In this document: positions 50,073-60,928 of the stretch, piece after piece | How the letters are laid out: each line of letters starts with the position of its first letter | How positions within the stretch are numbered: the first letter of the stretch is position 1 | Assembly: GCA_963674825.1 (NCBI GenBank) | Contig: OY771587.1 | Coordinates: 160,001 to 224,000 of the forward strand | Direction of reading: 5' to 3' | Origin: Candidatus Cloacimonadales bacterium | GTDB lineage: Bacteria > Cloacimonadota > Cloacimonadia > Cloacimonadales > JAIOQZ01 | Length of the DNA stretch: 64,000 nt | Notes under the pieces: generated by a model | Seen by the model: the letters and a program-made list of their open reading frames with translations, nothing else | Told to the model about the DNA's origin: nothing | The model's database searches: none | Position numbers and translations under genes: made by a program

Positions 50073-52874
50073 ATGCGCAATCTCGTATTATTTGCCGTTT
50101 TACTGACGCTTCTCGCCTGTTCGACTGCGCCAAAAACGCAACCCGTCGCGGAAGGTAAACAGCCGCCAGCCAAAGAATCGGAAGTCCTTTTCATTTCCGA
50201 CCAACGTGCCATCCCGCTCAATTTTCCCGATGTCGATTTCTCCAGTTGGCTCGATACAACCATCGTGCAGTTGGAATCGCAACTTCCCAAAGACGATATC
50301 CCGCGTAATGTCTGGATTTCTGTCGTTCTCAAGACCGACGGAAACCATACTATAGATTGGACAGTAAACCCGAAGATAGATGGATTCAGGCCGCATCTGG
50401 AACCAGGCGTACCGCTCCCGCAATACAAAGATTTCAAGCTTTTATACGTCTATAATCGCTACGGAGTCGCAGCGGCAAGACCACCGCAGAACTACATCGA
50501 ACTACCGAAAGAAATCGAAAAAACCGACTTCTTTCTCTTGGATCTCGCCGGGCAGAACCAAGCGCTCCAGCGATGGTGCAACAACAAAGCCATGCCCATC
50601 TTCGAGAAACAGATGCAGGAAGTGGTGGAGCAAGTACCCGCCCTGAAAGACTATATGGATTACATCGGGCAATTACCCGATTCCGCTTCCGTGGAAGAGA
50701 TGACTGAGCGTGAGAAATTGTTCTGGTTGGCAGACGCCGAATTCAAGTCGGACCGCCCTCTCATGCAATATTACCGCCTCATGTTGCACATTCAGCACGG
50801 CGAATACGATAAAGCCAGCAGCCTCTACTCATCTATCCAGTACGTCGCGGGATTCGTTACACCTCTTTCGCTGGTCGTTCAGGATGCAGTCGATTATGTC
50901 AACATTATGATGCGTCAGGTCTCCAGCGACTTGAATCCTATCACCACCGATATTGAATCGGGTGAATCCGACGGAGCTACCGAACGTCTGAAAAAGGTGC
51001 TGAGCGACTACCCGAAATCACCGCTGACCTGGCATTACCTTCTCTTTCAGCAGTACCCCCAGTATTACCGCGAACACCGCGAAGAAGATTTCGCTCAGCT
51101 CTACCGTGAGAAGGTCTATCAGGAATGCGATCCACTCTTCATGGATAGCTATCCAGCCATGAATGTACGCGAATTGTTCCTCACACTACGTTATCGCCTG
51201 AACCTGTTCACCCCACCAAATCAGTTTAACTCCGAGATCGAATACCTTTTTGTCCACGGTCAGATGTGCCTGCTTCTGGACGCACCTGGTTATGCGGCAC
51301 CTGCGTTCAGACGTGGAATGGACAATGCGCCGAATGATGAGATTCACAAAAATTTCTACTTGCTCTACATCTACTGCCTGGACCAGCTCGGGATCGACGA
51401 GATGAACTATGATTCCGCGGCTTTCCCAATCCCGGAGACGCTCATTCAGGAAGCAAGCCAGTATTATCAAGACGATATTCTTTCCATTGTGGATGCTGAT
51501 ATCGATTCGCTTAGAGAGAACTACGAGCCTGTTATTCACCTGAGTAAAGGGCTTTCGCTCTTCCAGGCTGAAGCAAATGAGGAAGCCAAAAAGGAACTCA
51601 ATCAATGCATTGAGATGAATCCGGACATTCCGGAAGCCTTCACCAGTCGTGGCAAGATATACTTCGAAGAAGAGAAATACGACCTTGCTGAGCGCGATTA
51701 CACCCGCGCAATCGAACTCGGATCTCAGAAACCAAGCATTTACTATGTTCGAAGCACCATTTACGCCATGCAAAGCAAATGGCCAGAGGCGATCCAGGAC
51801 ATCAACACCTACCTTGGTCTCGAAGAGGATAACTACTATGCTCTCTTCCTGCGCGGTGTCTATTACCAGAACGCCCAACGCTATGAAGAATCGATCCGCG
51901 ATTTCAGCTGGCTTATCAATCAGGTTCCCGACCTCACCGATGCCTGGCTCAAAAGAGGCATCAGCTACTACCTGAATGGCGAGAACGGTTTCGCACTCAA
52001 GGATTTCGATCACTATCTCTACATCCAGCCAGAAGACGACTTCGGATATGCCCAGCGAGCGATTGTCCGTATGCGCCTCGACCAGATCGATCAGGCATTG
52101 ATGGACATCGATACCGCCATCGAAATCAATGGAGATGCGGGTTTCTACTACAAAGCCAAAGGCGATATTCTTTCTCGTAAGAGCCAGTTCCCGGAAGCGA
52201 TTGCGGCCTACAAATCAGCGCTTCAAAAAAATGATTTTCCACTTCATCTGATCTACTATTTCATGGCGAATGCGTACTTCCAGATGGAAGACTACAACAA
52301 CGCAATCCGGACAATCGATCTGGCTATCGGTCAACAACCGGATGAAGCGGATTATTACCGTGCCAAAGCCAGCTATTTGAACGCTATGGGTAATCTCGAC
52401 CAGGCAATAACTGTCATCGATAAAGCGATTGAGCTCGACCCGGAAAATCCGCAATACTACTCCTACAAAGCAGCCTATCTCTATGACAACGGCATGACGG
52501 AAAAAGCGCTTGAGGTTTATCGCTACGGCTGTGCGCTCGATCCCGATGACATGAGCACTCTGCTGAGCTACGCAGAGCTCCTGATTCTCACCGGGCATTA
52601 CGCTGAAGCGGAACCGCAGATCGATATCGCGATCCAGAAATCGGCCGGTGACCACGAAACGGTCATTGCACTGTTCCTGAAGGTAATTGCGTTGAAGCTG
52701 CAGGGCAAGCCTTACGATACGACCGAGTTGGAAAAGTATATGTATCCGGGATTGAAGCTGTATTGGTGGTCGTTCGATCTCATGGAAGACTGGCTTGACG
52801 AGAAGAAGATATCAGACGCGGACGCTCAGTACATTCGCAGCCTGATCGAGCAGTTGAAGGCTTACAAGGAATAG
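50073..52874 (+). CDS. Large TPR-repeat lipoprotein
   Basis: Lipobox LLAC; about 10 C-terminal TPRs. Confidence 0.82.
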   Translation: MRNLVLFAVLLTLLACSTAPKTQPVAEGKQPPAKESEVLFISDQRAIPLNFPDVDFSSWLDTTIVQLESQLPKDDIPRNVWISVVLKTDGNHTIDWTVNPKIDGFRPHLEPGVPLPQYKDFKLLYVYNRYGVAAARPPQNYIELPKEIEKTDFFLLDLAGQNQALQRWCNNKAMPIFEKQMQEVVEQVPALKDYMDYIGQLPDSASVEEMTEREKLFWLADAEFKSDRPLMQYYRLMLHIQHGEYDKASSLYSSIQYVAGFVTPLSLVVQDAVDYVNIMMRQVSSDLNPITTDIESGESDGATERLKKVLSDYPKSPLTWHYLLFQQYPQYYREHREEDFAQLYREKVYQECDPLFMDSYPAMNVRELFLTLRYRLNLFTPPNQFNSEIEYLFVHGQMCLLLDAPGYAAPAFRRGMDNAPNDEIHKNFYLLYIYCLDQLGIDEMNYDSAAFPIPETLIQEASQYYQDDILSIVDADIDSLRENYEPVIHLSKGLSLFQAEANEEAKKELNQCIEMNPDIPEAFTSRGKIYFEEEKYDLAERDYTRAIELGSQKPSIYYVRSTIYAMQSKWPEAIQDINTYLGLEEDNYYALFLRGVYYQNAQRYEESIRDFSWLINQVPDLTDAWLKRGISYYLNGENGFALKDFDHYLYIQPEDDFGYAQRAIVRMRLDQIDQALMDIDTAIEINGDAGFYYKAKGDILSRKSQFPEAIAAYKSALQKNDFPLHLIYYFMANAYFQMEDYNNAIRTIDLAIGQQPDEADYYRAKASYLNAMGNLDQAITVIDKAIELDPENPQYYSYKAAYLYDNGMTEKALEVYRYGCALDPDDMSTLLSYAELLILTGHYAEAEPQIDIAIQKSAGDHETVIALFLKVIALKLQGKPYDTTELEKYMYPGLKLYWWSFDLMEDWLDEKKISDADAQYIRSLIEQLKAYKE

Positions 52875-55054
52875 GGCTTCACGAAGTACATCCGCATCGA
52901 ACCCTTCCCTTTTACTTCGTAGGACTCGCGTTCGATGAATTCCACCGTTTCCAGAAGTGCGGGATCGGTTCTGACGATATTGTAAGTATCCTCTGAGATG
53001 TTGATATTCATTGGCTCGGAGAGACCTTCCATACGCGACGCGGTGTTGATCGTGTCACCGAATACATCGTAGATATACTTCCTCGTTCCAACGATTCCGC
53101 CCACCACTTTGCCTGTATGAATACCGATCCTTATTTTCCATTGGATCGGCGATTTCTCGTTTCTTTTCTTGAGATGATCGATGATCTGAAGAGACGCATT
53201 GATGATGTTCACAGCGTGCCTTGGATTCGGTGCCGGCATTCCACACACCGCAAGATATGCATCACCGATTGTTTTAATTCGTTCGCAGTCGTTCATGGCC
53301 ATGATATCATCGAATGCGGTGAAAAGATCGTTCAATTCCGAGATTAGTTTTTTCGGCTCCAGTTCGGAGGACTTTTGCGTGAATCCTACAATATCCGAGA
53401 AATAGACGGTCACGTTGTGATATGATTCCGGTTCGGTTTTTCCGCGCTGGCGGAGATCATCCGCAACACGAACAGGCAGGATATTCAGAAGAAGCCGTTC
53501 GGTTCTGGCCTTTTCCTCGCGGATGGTACGATTATCCTTCATCTTGCGGCGCAGTCCCCAGAAGGTAACCAGCGCCAGAAGCAATACCATCAGGATACCG
53601 CCTATCAAGGAATAGCGCACTATCTTTTGTCGCTTCAGGTTAAGCTCCTGAATGCGGGAACGTTGCTCCAGAATCTCGATCTGCTGCTGGTTGAGTTCGT
53701 TTTCATGCGTTGTCTGCATGAGTGTGATCTTCTGCTTAAGCTGCTCTTCGCGTAAGTCGCGGATTTGCAGTTCCTTCTGTCGTGATTCTTCACGTGTACG
53801 TTCAAGTTCCTGTGTCTGCGCCCCCATTACCTCCTGCAATTCCAGGATCTTACGTTCTTTCTTCGCAGTCTCGTAACGGGTTTCCATCTCGGCAACCTGC
53901 TGCCGGGCCTCGCTGGTTGTGATGCTGTCTTTAATGCTTGCCAGACGCTTGTGATACGCCAGCGATTTCTCGTAATTACCCATCTTGGAATAGGTTTCCG
54001 AAAGAACCTCAAGTCCGCTTCTCACCAGGTCGAACGCGTCGATCTCTTCAGCGACGGCGATTCCTTTCTCGATCTGCGCGATCGCTTCTTCGTAACATTG
54101 CTCCTTGAAATGCACGTAGCCGATGTTGATCAGCGTTGATGCAATACCGTATTGGTCGCCGTTCTTCTCTTTCAGTTCCAGCGATTTCCGGTAGTATTCA
54201 ATCGCTTTGTCGTATTGCTGCTGGCTGTCATAGACATTGCCGATATTGTTCAGCGTTTTGGTGATCAGTTCAGGCTTACCAATCTCCTCACCGATCTGTA
54301 ACGCCTGTCCGAAGTAATCGAGTGCCTTTTCGAAATCGCCTTGCCTGCGGTAAAGCGTGCCGATGTTGTTCAGCGTCAGCGCGATTTCGTCCTTGCAGCC
54401 TTGCCTGCGATTAATTTCGAGCACTTCCTGATAATACTTCATCGCTTTTTCAGGCTGATTCAGCTTCTGGTAGGCTACACCGATATTATTCAGACTCTGG
54501 ATAATCTGCTGATCGTTCTCGATGGCCTGCGATTCCTCCAGCGCTTTGAAATAGCATGACAGCGCTTGGTCGTAGTTCCCCTTGCGAGTATAGACAGCAC
54601 CCATATTCTTGAGCGTCGCAATGATTCCAAGACTGCTGGGCAGTTTTTGATAGATATCCAGCGCTTCCTGATAATGTTGTATGGAAGTATCGAGTTGTTG
54701 GAGGCGGTCGAAGACATTGCCGAGGTTGTAGTGTACAATAGCTGAATTTTCGGGGTCAAAAAGCTGTTCGTATATCTCCAGAGCTTTACCATAAAACGTC
54801 GCAGCTTCCTGATAACGCTTCATGAGAAAAAGCCTGCGCGCAATCCGGCTGTTGGCTCGGGCTATCTCTTGATTATTCTTCAGATCCTGCGCCTTGTAGA
54901 GCGCTTGCATCTCATACTGGAGGCTTTTATCTCCGGAAGTCTCCCACGCCTTATCAGCCATTCGGTTGAGCTGCTGAATATGCTGCGGTACCTGCGCACC
55001 GAGCGATGCGATCATCAGCAAAATCAACAAGATAAAGGCTGTCTTCGTAGACAT
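52862..55054 (-). CDS. TPR sensor + TM + class III adenylate cyclase
   Basis: N-terminal signal, LNNIG TPRs, coiled coil, TM, FSDIVGFT, KTIGDAY, YDVFGDTINTASRME. Confidence 0.9.
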   Translation of the reverse strand: MSTKTAFILLILLMIASLGAQVPQHIQQLNRMADKAWETSGDKSLQYEMQALYKAQDLKNNQEIARANSRIARRLFLMKRYQEAATFYGKALEIYEQLFDPENSAIVHYNLGNVFDRLQQLDTSIQHYQEALDIYQKLPSSLGIIATLKNMGAVYTRKGNYDQALSCYFKALEESQAIENDQQIIQSLNNIGVAYQKLNQPEKAMKYYQEVLEINRRQGCKDEIALTLNNIGTLYRRQGDFEKALDYFGQALQIGEEIGKPELITKTLNNIGNVYDSQQQYDKAIEYYRKSLELKEKNGDQYGIASTLINIGYVHFKEQCYEEAIAQIEKGIAVAEEIDAFDLVRSGLEVLSETYSKMGNYEKSLAYHKRLASIKDSITTSEARQQVAEMETRYETAKKERKILELQEVMGAQTQELERTREESRQKELQIRDLREEQLKQKITLMQTTHENELNQQQIEILEQRSRIQELNLKRQKIVRYSLIGGILMVLLLALVTFWGLRRKMKDNRTIREEKARTERLLLNILPVRVADDLRQRGKTEPESYHNVTVYFSDIVGFTQKSSELEPKKLISELNDLFTAFDDIMAMNDCERIKTIGDAYLAVCGMPAPNPRHAVNIINASLQIIDHLKKRNEKSPIQWKIRIGIHTGKVVGGIVGTRKYIYDVFGDTINTASRMEGLSEPMNINISEDTYNIVRTDPALLETVEFIERESYEVKGKGSMRMYFVKPYSL

Positions 55055-55060
55055 AACTTC

Positions 55061-55753
55061 TTATTTCGTCTCCTGCTTACTTTCGTGAACCAGTTCAGCT
55101 TGCGATTTGCGAAGATACCAGGGCTCCAGTATGCCGATCGTATCAAGATCGTAAACCGGCATCGGATCCATCTGCTCCACGAATGTGATCAGTCCTGAAG
55201 CCATCGGATAGCGAAGATGCAGCGGAGCAGGAATGTAGTCAATACCCATATCGTCGAGTATCGAGCTATATTCGTCCAAGCCGCTTCCCAGTGCGACAAC
55301 CGGTACATCGATCAGTTTGAGGAAGTCTTCCGGCTTCGCGCAGCGTGGTTCTATCAGCGTTTTACCATACTTGTCGTACAGCGCACCATAGATTTCATTC
55401 ATGCGCGCGTCGATGATCGGCATCACGGCACGCTCCATCCCAAAGGCGTTGCCTGCCAGCAATTCAAGGGTGCTGACGGGAACCAAAGGGATTTCCAGGC
55501 TCATCGCGATGCCTTTGGCAGTGGCTAACCCGATACGTACACCGGTAAAAGAACCCGGGCCATTCGAGATCGCAATGCAATCGAAGTCCTTCATCTCCAT
55601 GCCCAACGCTTTTCGCAATCTATCGATCTCCGGCATAACCCGCTCGGAGTGGGTTACCTGGATATCCATCGAGGTCGAGGCGAGCAGCTTGCCATCTTTT
55701 CCAATCGCAATGCTGCCAAACGAGGATGTTGTTTCAAGCGCAAGGATAGTCAT
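55061..55753 (-). CDS. tsaB: t6A biosynthesis protein TsaB
   Basis: ILALETT, HSE, GPGSFTGVRIG, IDARMNEIY, PWYLR. Confidence 0.95.
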   Translation of the reverse strand: MTILALETTSSFGSIAIGKDGKLLASTSMDIQVTHSERVMPEIDRLRKALGMEMKDFDCIAISNGPGSFTGVRIGLATAKGIAMSLEIPLVPVSTLELLAGNAFGMERAVMPIIDARMNEIYGALYDKYGKTLIEPRCAKPEDFLKLIDVPVVALGSGLDEYSSILDDMGIDYIPAPLHLRYPMASGLITFVEQMDPMPVYDLDTIGILEPWYLRKSQAELVHESKQETK

Positions 55754-55755
55754 TA

Positions 55756-56901
55756 CTATTTGATCCCCAGTTTTTCATAAAGCTCCGCGACTTCCTTCAT
55801 CATGTTCGGGATCGCGATTTGTTGTGGACAGGCATCGGAGCACTTACCACATTCGATGCAATCCATCGGACGCTTGCCTTCAGGTTGCATGCGCAGTGCG
55901 AACGATGTTTTCCCCTCATTCTTATAACTGTGCCAGTCATTGTATATCGATAGAATCCATGGAATTGAGATTCCTACTGGACAGGGCAGGCAATAGCGGC
56001 ATCCGGTACAAGGCACCGGGCGCATTTCGCAATATAGATCCCGAACTTTCGCGATCATCTCCTGATCGGACTCGCTCAGGCTGTTTGTCTCGGCCGCAGA
56101 GGCAAACACGATGTCTTCTTCCACTTCCTGCATGGTGTTCATACCGCTGAGAACGAACCAAACCTTCTCCTGATCCCAAAGCCAGCTGAAAGCCCAATCA
56201 ACCGGTGAGCGCTTCGTTTCGTGGTTGTTGATGATGTCCATGATCGGTTCCGGCAGGTTCTTGACGAGGTCTCCCCCACGAAGCGGCTCCATGATGATCA
56301 CCGCGATTCCCTTTTCATGGGCGCGGTCGAGACCTTTGCGTCCGGCTTGATGCTCTTCGTCCATGTAGTTGTATTGAATCTGGCAGAAATCCCAATCGTG
56401 GGCGTCCAATATCTCCATGAAAAGGTTCTGGTCGTCGTGGAACGAGAAGCCAAAGAACCTGATTTTGCCTTCCTTGCGCTTCTGCTCTCCCCATTGGATG
56501 AGATCGAATTTCTGCACAGTTTTCCAGAAGCCACCATTCAGGGCATGCAACAGATAAAAATCGAAGTAGTCAACTTGCACCCGTTCGAGCTGTTCATTGA
56601 GCAGTCGATCCGCGTCTTCTTCCGTCTTGACTTCCCAGATCGGAAGCTTGTCAGCAACCATCACTTTCTCACGATAGCCATCTTTGAGCGCTTTGCCCAG
56701 AACAAATTCGCTGTTTCCACGGTGATAGGCGTACGCGGTATCCACGTAGTTCACGCCGTTGTCGATGGCATGACGAATCATCTTGATTGCCTCTGGTTCG
56801 TTGATATTGCCAAAATCATCGCCGATTATCGGAAGTCTCATGCATCCGAAGCCCAATGCGGAAGGCGCTACGCCCAGTTTATCAAATTGTCTATATTTCA
56901 T
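55756..56901 (-). CDS. Aldo/keto reductase with C-terminal 4Fe-4S domain
   Basis: LGFGCMRLP, DTAYAY, MEPLRGG, CTGCRYCLPCP, CIECGKC...CPQ. Confidence 0.9.
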   Translation of the reverse strand: MKYRQFDKLGVAPSALGFGCMRLPIIGDDFGNINEPEAIKMIRHAIDNGVNYVDTAYAYHRGNSEFVLGKALKDGYREKVMVADKLPIWEVKTEEDADRLLNEQLERVQVDYFDFYLLHALNGGFWKTVQKFDLIQWGEQKRKEGKIRFFGFSFHDDQNLFMEILDAHDWDFCQIQYNYMDEEHQAGRKGLDRAHEKGIAVIIMEPLRGGDLVKNLPEPIMDIINNHETKRSPVDWAFSWLWDQEKVWFVLSGMNTMQEVEEDIVFASAAETNSLSESDQEMIAKVRDLYCEMRPVPCTGCRYCLPCPVGISIPWILSIYNDWHSYKNEGKTSFALRMQPEGKRPMDCIECGKCSDACPQQIAIPNMMKEVAELYEKLGIK

Positions 56902-56961
56902 ATCAAATCCTCCATTTGTAAATAAGCGATCGGCCCGTCACAGGGCAAGAAAAAAAGTATG

Positions 56962-57966
56962 TCAACAAAACATTATATTCTGTTTCTTGCGATACTCCCG
57001 CAGGATGTCATCCATGATGCGATTGGTTCTCGCGGCATCTTCAGCCGTGCAAACAGCCGGTGTTCCATCTAGAAGATTCGCCACAATTCGTTCCACCATC
57101 GGGAGTTGGACAGGATCCGTTCGAGGAATCTCGAAATGCTGAATGATGCCATTCTTCCGGAGCTCCACTGGCGTGAACTTGAACGACGAGAATCGTATTT
57201 CGCCCTCGCTTCCCACGATGATCGCTTCATCCACATCCGTTCCGGCAGGTTCGCAGTACGACCACTCACCTGTCAGTGGAGTACCGTTCGTAAGCTCCAT
57301 CTCAGCCTGAATATAGTCCTCTGCCGGGTAGTGCCCCAAGCGGTTTTCCGCCCTGGCTCGAATGACCTTCAACGGACCGAAGTAGTCATCGAGAATATCC
57401 AGCGTGTGCGACCCCACATCCACGAAAAGGCCTCCGCCGGAAATCTCGGGGATATAGCGCCAAGGGAGGTTTTCTGAGTCGAGCTCGCGAGGCGTCCGCA
57501 GCATTTTCACGTCGATTGACCGAATTTTTCCAATCACACCAGCTTCGAGCAGCTCCTTTACCTTCAGGAAATACGGCATGACACGTCGATAGTACGCCAC
57601 GAAGAGCGGAACGCCCGTCTCGCGCTGCTTGTCGAGCATGCGCAGGCATTCGTCATAGGTTCGGGCCATCGGCTTCTCAACATAAACCGGTTTACCGGCT
57701 TCCAGAGCTGCTATAGCATAATACGCGTGAGAATCGGGAGCTGTTGCGATATAGACAGCGTCCACATCCTCGCAAGTTATCACGTCCAGCGGATTCTCAA
57801 AGCACAGCGGGATACCCTTGCGGCTTGCATATTCTTTCGCCTTTGCGTACGTTCTGGACGCGACCGCCACCAGCTCCGAACGTGCTGCCTGTTGCAATGC
57901 AGGCGCACTTTTCTTTTCAGTCACCGACCCGCATCCGATCATTCCCCACCGTATTTTATCAGACAT
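56962..57966 (-). CDS. Gfo/Idh/MocA family oxidoreductase
   Basis: WGMIGCG, VEKPMA, SGGGLFVDVGSH. Confidence 0.9.
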   Translation of the reverse strand: MSDKIRWGMIGCGSVTEKKSAPALQQAARSELVAVASRTYAKAKEYASRKGIPLCFENPLDVITCEDVDAVYIATAPDSHAYYAIAALEAGKPVYVEKPMARTYDECLRMLDKQRETGVPLFVAYYRRVMPYFLKVKELLEAGVIGKIRSIDVKMLRTPRELDSENLPWRYIPEISGGGLFVDVGSHTLDILDDYFGPLKVIRARAENRLGHYPAEDYIQAEMELTNGTPLTGEWSYCEPAGTDVDEAIIVGSEGEIRFSSFKFTPVELRKNGIIQHFEIPRTDPVQLPMVERIVANLLDGTPAVCTAEDAARTNRIMDDILREYRKKQNIMFC

Positions 57967-59536
57967 TGGAATAAACCACCTCGCCATCGACAATTGTCAT
58001 GCAAGAACGAGCATCGAGCCAAAACTCGTCCGGTTGCTGCGTGAAGTCGTCCAAAACGATCAGATCGGCCCTCTTGCCCACCTTGATCGAACCCAATGAA
58101 TCCTCGCTACACGAGCCCTTCGCTGCGTCGATCGTGAACGCACGTAGCGCTTCCATCACGGAAATTCGCTGTTCGGGATACCAGGACGGATTCTTGGGAT
58201 CGTTGCGGAACTTGCGTTGCAGTGCTGCGTAGATGCACTCGAACGGGTTGATGCTCTCCACCGGTGCATCCGATCCGAAACCGATCGGGATATCGTTGTC
58301 CAACAGCGTTCTAAAAACGTATGAATACTTTGCGGCCTCGCCCCAATAGTGATCGGTGTTGCCGGCATCCATCTTGATGTGAACCGGTTGCATGGCGCAA
58401 TAAGCTGCGGTTTTCTTTAAAAGCGGAATATCGTCGGGGTCGATGCATTGCAGATGCTCGATGCGGTGGAAGAGATTATAACCATATTGATCTCGCGCTC
58501 TCTGGAGAATCCTGATCACCAGATGCACCGCCTCATCGCCTATTGCGTGGATGGAAGACGCAATATCATGCTCTGCCGCACCCAGAACCAGCTCTTCCAG
58601 CTCCTGCGGCTCGATTGTGAAATCACCGCGACCACCATTTGGATAGGGATGATACATGCGTGCGGTCTGGGAGCCGATGGAGCCATCGAAGAAGAGTTTT
58701 TGTCCACATATTTTAAACCATTCGTCACCGGTGTAGGATTTCACTCCATCTTCGATCATCTTGTCGGTGATGGCGTACGGAAAATGCCAGAAGAACCTGA
58801 ATTTATACTCGTGGTCAACACACATTCTGAATAACTCGGCTGCGCGTTCCGAATCCATAAAATGGACCCCCGAAAGCCCAAGTGTCCACATTTCGCGGAT
58901 GGTTTCCTTTGCTGCAACAAGCATCTTCTCGTGATCGTACGGAGGCCTGGTCTGCTCAATCAGCTTCCACGCCTTCTCAAAAAGGAAGCCGGTTGGTTCG
59001 CCATCGGGATCATGATCGATCTTCCCACCGGGCGGGTCGGGTGTATTGCGATCGATACCGGCCGCTTCGAGGGCTTTGGTGTTGCACCACAATGAGTGCA
59101 GATCCTTGCTCTTCAGCGTTACAGGCGTATCGGGAAAGAGATCATCCAGCATGGTGCGATCGAATCCTGTCAGGTCGGAATAGACATTACGGTCCCACCC
59201 GCTTCCGCCAATCCATTCCGGTAGCGGATCGTGCCTTTCTTTGTAAGCGACGAGGATATCCTTGACCTCGTCCAATGAGCGCGCGCTGTCTAAATCAACG
59301 TCGAATTTCAGACGCACGACATTATAAAAGTGAGTGTGTGTGTCGATCAGTGCAGGCATGAGAACACGTCCGCCGAGATCGATCTTCTCACAATCGGATG
59401 ATGTCATCTTCTCCACCTCTGTCAGGCTACCAACAGCCGCGATTGCTCCATCGCGCACCAGCACGCACTCAATCGGCTTTTCGTCCGTTTCCATCGTCAG
59501 TATTTTTCCACCATAGATCAGCAAATCCTTTTTCAC
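57959..59536 (-). CDS. Amidohydrolase family 3 (YtcJ-like)
   Basis: PALIDTHTH, KLFFDGSIG, HAIGD, RIEH, GSDAP; GTG start with RBS AAGGAG. Confidence 0.9.
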   Translation of the reverse strand: MKKDLLIYGGKILTMETDEKPIECVLVRDGAIAAVGSLTEVEKMTSSDCEKIDLGGRVLMPALIDTHTHFYNVVRLKFDVDLDSARSLDEVKDILVAYKERHDPLPEWIGGSGWDRNVYSDLTGFDRTMLDDLFPDTPVTLKSKDLHSLWCNTKALEAAGIDRNTPDPPGGKIDHDPDGEPTGFLFEKAWKLIEQTRPPYDHEKMLVAAKETIREMWTLGLSGVHFMDSERAAELFRMCVDHEYKFRFFWHFPYAITDKMIEDGVKSYTGDEWFKICGQKLFFDGSIGSQTARMYHPYPNGGRGDFTIEPQELEELVLGAAEHDIASSIHAIGDEAVHLVIRILQRARDQYGYNLFHRIEHLQCIDPDDIPLLKKTAAYCAMQPVHIKMDAGNTDHYWGEAAKYSYVFRTLLDNDIPIGFGSDAPVESINPFECIYAALQRKFRNDPKNPSWYPEQRISVMEALRAFTIDAAKGSCSEDSLGSIKVGKRADLIVLDDFTQQPDEFWLDARSCMTIVDGEVVYSNV

Positions 59537-59682
59537 CAGTAACTCCTTGTGGTTGTAGCTCTCGTCGCATCCCTCGCCTATCGATCGTAAAGACACCGGG
59601 CAAATTTTCCCTTTACCGGATATTTTCATTGACTGAACATCCGCGCTATCGATTTAGTGAAGAAAAAAATGAAAGGGTGCTT

Positions 59683-60918
59683 ATGTCAATTCAGAATTTG
59701 TTCTCGAGCCTGACCGTCAATATGAAATCGTCAATGATCAGGGATCTTGTGCATCAAACAAAGGGTGTTCCGGGTATGATTTCTTTTGCCGGAGGATTCC
59801 CGAATCCGGTAACTTTCCCCTGCCAGGAACTCGCCGACGTGTTCCATGAAGTAGTAGCGAATGAAGGCGTGGATGTCCTTCAATACGGCGCCAGCGAAGG
59901 CGACGCGCTGCTCAAAGAGCAGATACTCAAGCACGAAGGAATCGAAGGCCTCACCAACAACGAACTTCTGGTCTCATCCGGTTCCACCAACGGTCTTTAC
60001 CTCTTCACACGGACGTTCATCGATATCGGAGACGTGATCTTCACCGAAGCCCCCAGCTTCGTAGGCTCTCTTGTAGCCTTCGAAGGCGCTGGCGCAGAAC
60101 TCGCGCCCGTCGAGATGGACGAACAAGGCATGCGCATCGACCTGCTGAAAGAATCGTACGAGAAAACGATCGCAGCAGGCAAAACACCAAAATTCATCTA
60201 CCTGATTCCCGAATTTCAGAACCCGACAGGCAGCAGCATGGGCCTCGAACGTAAGCGCGAGATCATCAAGTTTGCCATCGAAAAGGGAATTCTTATCCTC
60301 GAAGACGATCCCTATGGCGAACTCCGCTATGCCGGCGAGAAAATCCCCTCCTTGTTCGAAATTGCTCGCAAGGAATTCGGTAACACCGAGACCGTCACAT
60401 TGGTCAAATCGTTCTCGAAGCTTCTGGGACCCGGACTGCGCCTTGCCTACGTGATTAGCTGCGAACCGGCAATCAAGAAAATGTGCTCCTGGATACAGAA
60501 AGTGAGCGTTACTCCCGAATGCATCGTGCAGCGCGTTATCGCTCGCTACATGGAGAAGGGCCTTTTCGCACCACACGTTAACCGCGTTCGCGCGTTTTAC
60601 AAAAAGCAGTGCCAGGCAATGCTCGACACGCTCGAAGAGACCATGCCGTCCTACATCAAGTGGACCATCCCCGAAGGCGGAATGTTCATCTGGATAACCC
60701 TACCGGAAAATATGAACGGCGACGAGCTCTTCACCGAAGCGCTCAAGCACAAAGTCGCATTCGTCCCGGGAAGCAAGTTCTACCCGAGCGGCTGCGAGAA
60801 ATTCAATTCGATCCGCCTGAACTATTCCTACGCAACCGCCGATCAAATCATCGAAGGCGTGCACCGACTCGCAGGACTGATCCGCGAAAAAGGCGGCGAA
60901 GAACTTTTAAGCAACTAA
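59683..60918 (+). CDS. PLP-dependent aminotransferase class I (2-aminoadipate/aromatic type)
   Basis: ISFAGGFP, LQYG, PEFQNPTG, EDDPY, SFSKLLGPGLR, GGMFIW. Confidence 0.9.
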   Translation: MSIQNLFSSLTVNMKSSMIRDLVHQTKGVPGMISFAGGFPNPVTFPCQELADVFHEVVANEGVDVLQYGASEGDALLKEQILKHEGIEGLTNNELLVSSGSTNGLYLFTRTFIDIGDVIFTEAPSFVGSLVAFEGAGAELAPVEMDEQGMRIDLLKESYEKTIAAGKTPKFIYLIPEFQNPTGSSMGLERKREIIKFAIEKGILILEDDPYGELRYAGEKIPSLFEIARKEFGNTETVTLVKSFSKLLGPGLRLAYVISCEPAIKKMCSWIQKVSVTPECIVQRVIARYMEKGLFAPHVNRVRAFYKKQCQAMLDTLEETMPSYIKWTIPEGGMFIWITLPENMNGDELFTEALKHKVAFVPGSKFYPSGCEKFNSIRLNYSYATADQIIEGVHRLAGLIREKGGEELLSN

Positions 60919-60928
60919 GGAGGAAGCG

